Assembly: GCA_965116025.1 (NCBI GenBank)
Contig: OZ220480.1
Coordinates: 768,001-832,000 of the forward strand
Length of the DNA stretch: 64,000 nt
Reading direction: 5' to 3'
DNA from: an uncultured candidatus Porisulfidus sp.
Lineage (GTDB): Bacteria; Pseudomonadota; Gammaproteobacteria; Poriferisulfidales; Poriferisulfidaceae
Of this stretch, positions 62,789 through 64,000 are shown piece after piece. Each line of letters begins with the position of its first letter. The first letter of the stretch is position 1. The translations under genes and the position numbers were made by a program. The notes under the pieces were generated by a model. That model ran no database searches. It saw only the letters and a list, made by a program, of their open reading frames with translations, and was not told the origin of the DNA.

Positions 62789-63859
62789 GTGAGGCGCCGG
62801 GAATTTCTGGGAGCGGGCGCGGTCGCCGCGACCGGGCTCGGGATGGCCGGGAAGGCCACCGCCGATAAGCCCCTGCGCTGGAAAATGGTGACGACCTGGC
62901 CCAAGAATTTCCCCGGATTGGGCACCGGCGCGGAGTTTTTGGCGCGGTCCATCGGCGAGATGTCCGGCGGGCGACTCCAGATCCAGGTGTTCGGCGCCGG
63001 AGAGCTGGTGCCCGCGTTCGAGGCGTTCGACGCGGTCGGCCAAGGCGCCGCGCAAATGGGCCACGGCGCGGCCTACTACTGGAAGGGAAAGAACCCGGCC
63101 TTCCAGTTCTTCTCCACCATGCCGTTCGGCATGACGGCCAACGAGATGAACGGCTGGCTGCTCAAGGGCGGTGGCATGGAGCTGTGGGAGGAGGCCTACG
63201 CCCCGTTCGACATCGTGCCCTTGGCCGCCGGCAACACCATGGTGCAGATGGGCGGCTGGTTCAAGCGCGAGATTCACGGGATCGAGGATCTCCAGGGTCT
63301 GCGCATGCGCATCCCGGGGCTGGGCGGCGAGGCGTTGCGCCGGGCCGGCGGCACCCCGGTGAGCCTCAGTGGCAAGGAACTGCTCGTGTCGCTGCAGACC
63401 GGAGCGATCGACGCCAGCGAGTGGGTGGGACCGTGGAACGATCTGGCGTTCGGCCTGCACCGCGCGGCGAAATACTACTACTACCCCGGCTGGCATGAGC
63501 CCGGGACCACGCTGGAGTGCCTGGTGCACCGCCCGGCGCTCGAGTCCCTTCCGAAGGATCTGCAGGCCATCGTGCGGCACGCCGCCCGCGCCACCAATGA
63601 GGACATGATGGCGGACTTCACGGCGCACAACAACGACGCGCTGAAGGCGCTGGTCGAGAAACACGGGGTCGCGCTCCGGAGGTTTCCGCCGGAAGTCCTG
63701 GCCGCGCTGCGCGAGCACGCCGACGCGGTGGTCGCGGAGCTGGCCGAGACCGACGATCTCGCGTGGCGGATCCACGCCAGCTACCAGGCGTTCTACGCGC
63801 GGGTGCGGGAGTGGACGGACATCTCCGAGCGGGCGTATCTGGACGCGCGGGTGGTGTAG
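62789..63859 (+). CDS. TRAP transporter substrate-binding protein (DctP/TakP-like) with Tat signal
   Basis: RRREFL Tat motif; WKMVTTWPKNFPG, AYYWKGK, MRIPGLGG, YYYPGWHEP. Confidence 0.92.
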   Translation: MRRREFLGAGAVAATGLGMAGKATADKPLRWKMVTTWPKNFPGLGTGAEFLARSIGEMSGGRLQIQVFGAGELVPAFEAFDAVGQGAAQMGHGAAYYWKGKNPAFQFFSTMPFGMTANEMNGWLLKGGGMELWEEAYAPFDIVPLAAGNTMVQMGGWFKREIHGIEDLQGLRMRIPGLGGEALRRAGGTPVSLSGKELLVSLQTGAIDASEWVGPWNDLAFGLHRAAKYYYYPGWHEPGTTLECLVHRPALESLPKDLQAIVRHAARATNEDMMADFTAHNNDALKALVEKHGVALRRFPPEVLAALREHADAVVAELAETDDLAWRIHASYQAFYARVREWTDISERAYLDARVV

Positions 63860-63897
63860 AATAGGCCCGATCCCGAGAATCTGGCCAGAATCCCGGC

Positions 63898-64000
63898 ATG
63901 AACCAATTCCTAACGGACCCTTCCCTCGCGAGCTTGGCGCTCTACTACGGCGCGTGCTTCCTCAATTTCGTGGGTGCGCTCTGGATGGCGATCTCCGTTG
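63898..64000 (+). CDS. Membrane protein, 5' fragment (runs off window end)
   Basis: ATG 63898: MNQFLTDPSLASLALYYGACFLNFVGALWMAISV. Confidence 0.4.
   Translation, partial: MNQFLTDPSLASLALYYGACFLNFVGALWMAISV

Overview
High-GC gammaproteobacterial chromosome segment, possibly from a marine-sponge symbiont (inferred from an srp-like proteusin locus). Housekeeping blocks are folA'-thyA-lgt, yyaL-plsC-like-rpsT, ubiI-ubiH-pepP-proB-obgE-rpmA-rplU, dapF-DUF484-xerC-DUF971-ubiE and ubiJ-ubiB-uvrD-TRAP SBP. Four accessory regions interrupt them. (1) 1.7-4.6 kb: a GmrSD-like (DUF262+HNH) defence islet. (2) 7.9-13.3 kb: a type II R-M pair, a degenerate IS1380-like ORF and a DUF1828/1829 gene. (3) 20-43.5 kb: an island with two RTX proteins, an NHLP/YcaO RiPP cluster including an AlkB-GlnE-like fusion, a broken NHLP precursor with core LCCCL, a decayed MMPL gene, transposases and a terminase relic. 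(4) 47-58 kb: a GT-C glycosyltransferase and a 9-gene MotA/TolQ-VWA-PEGA/FGE operon splitting ubiE from ubiJ. The most striking non-gene signals are a perfect 28-bp duplication flanking a 33-bp insert that disrupts a transposase (the geometry of an off-target type I-E Cas1-Cas2 integration), and two sigma70 promoters whose spacer is essentially a poly-G tract (TTGACA-A-G20-TATAAT; TTGACA-G15-TATACT), which are candidate phase-variable switches. All family calls come from motif recognition by eye; no searches were run.
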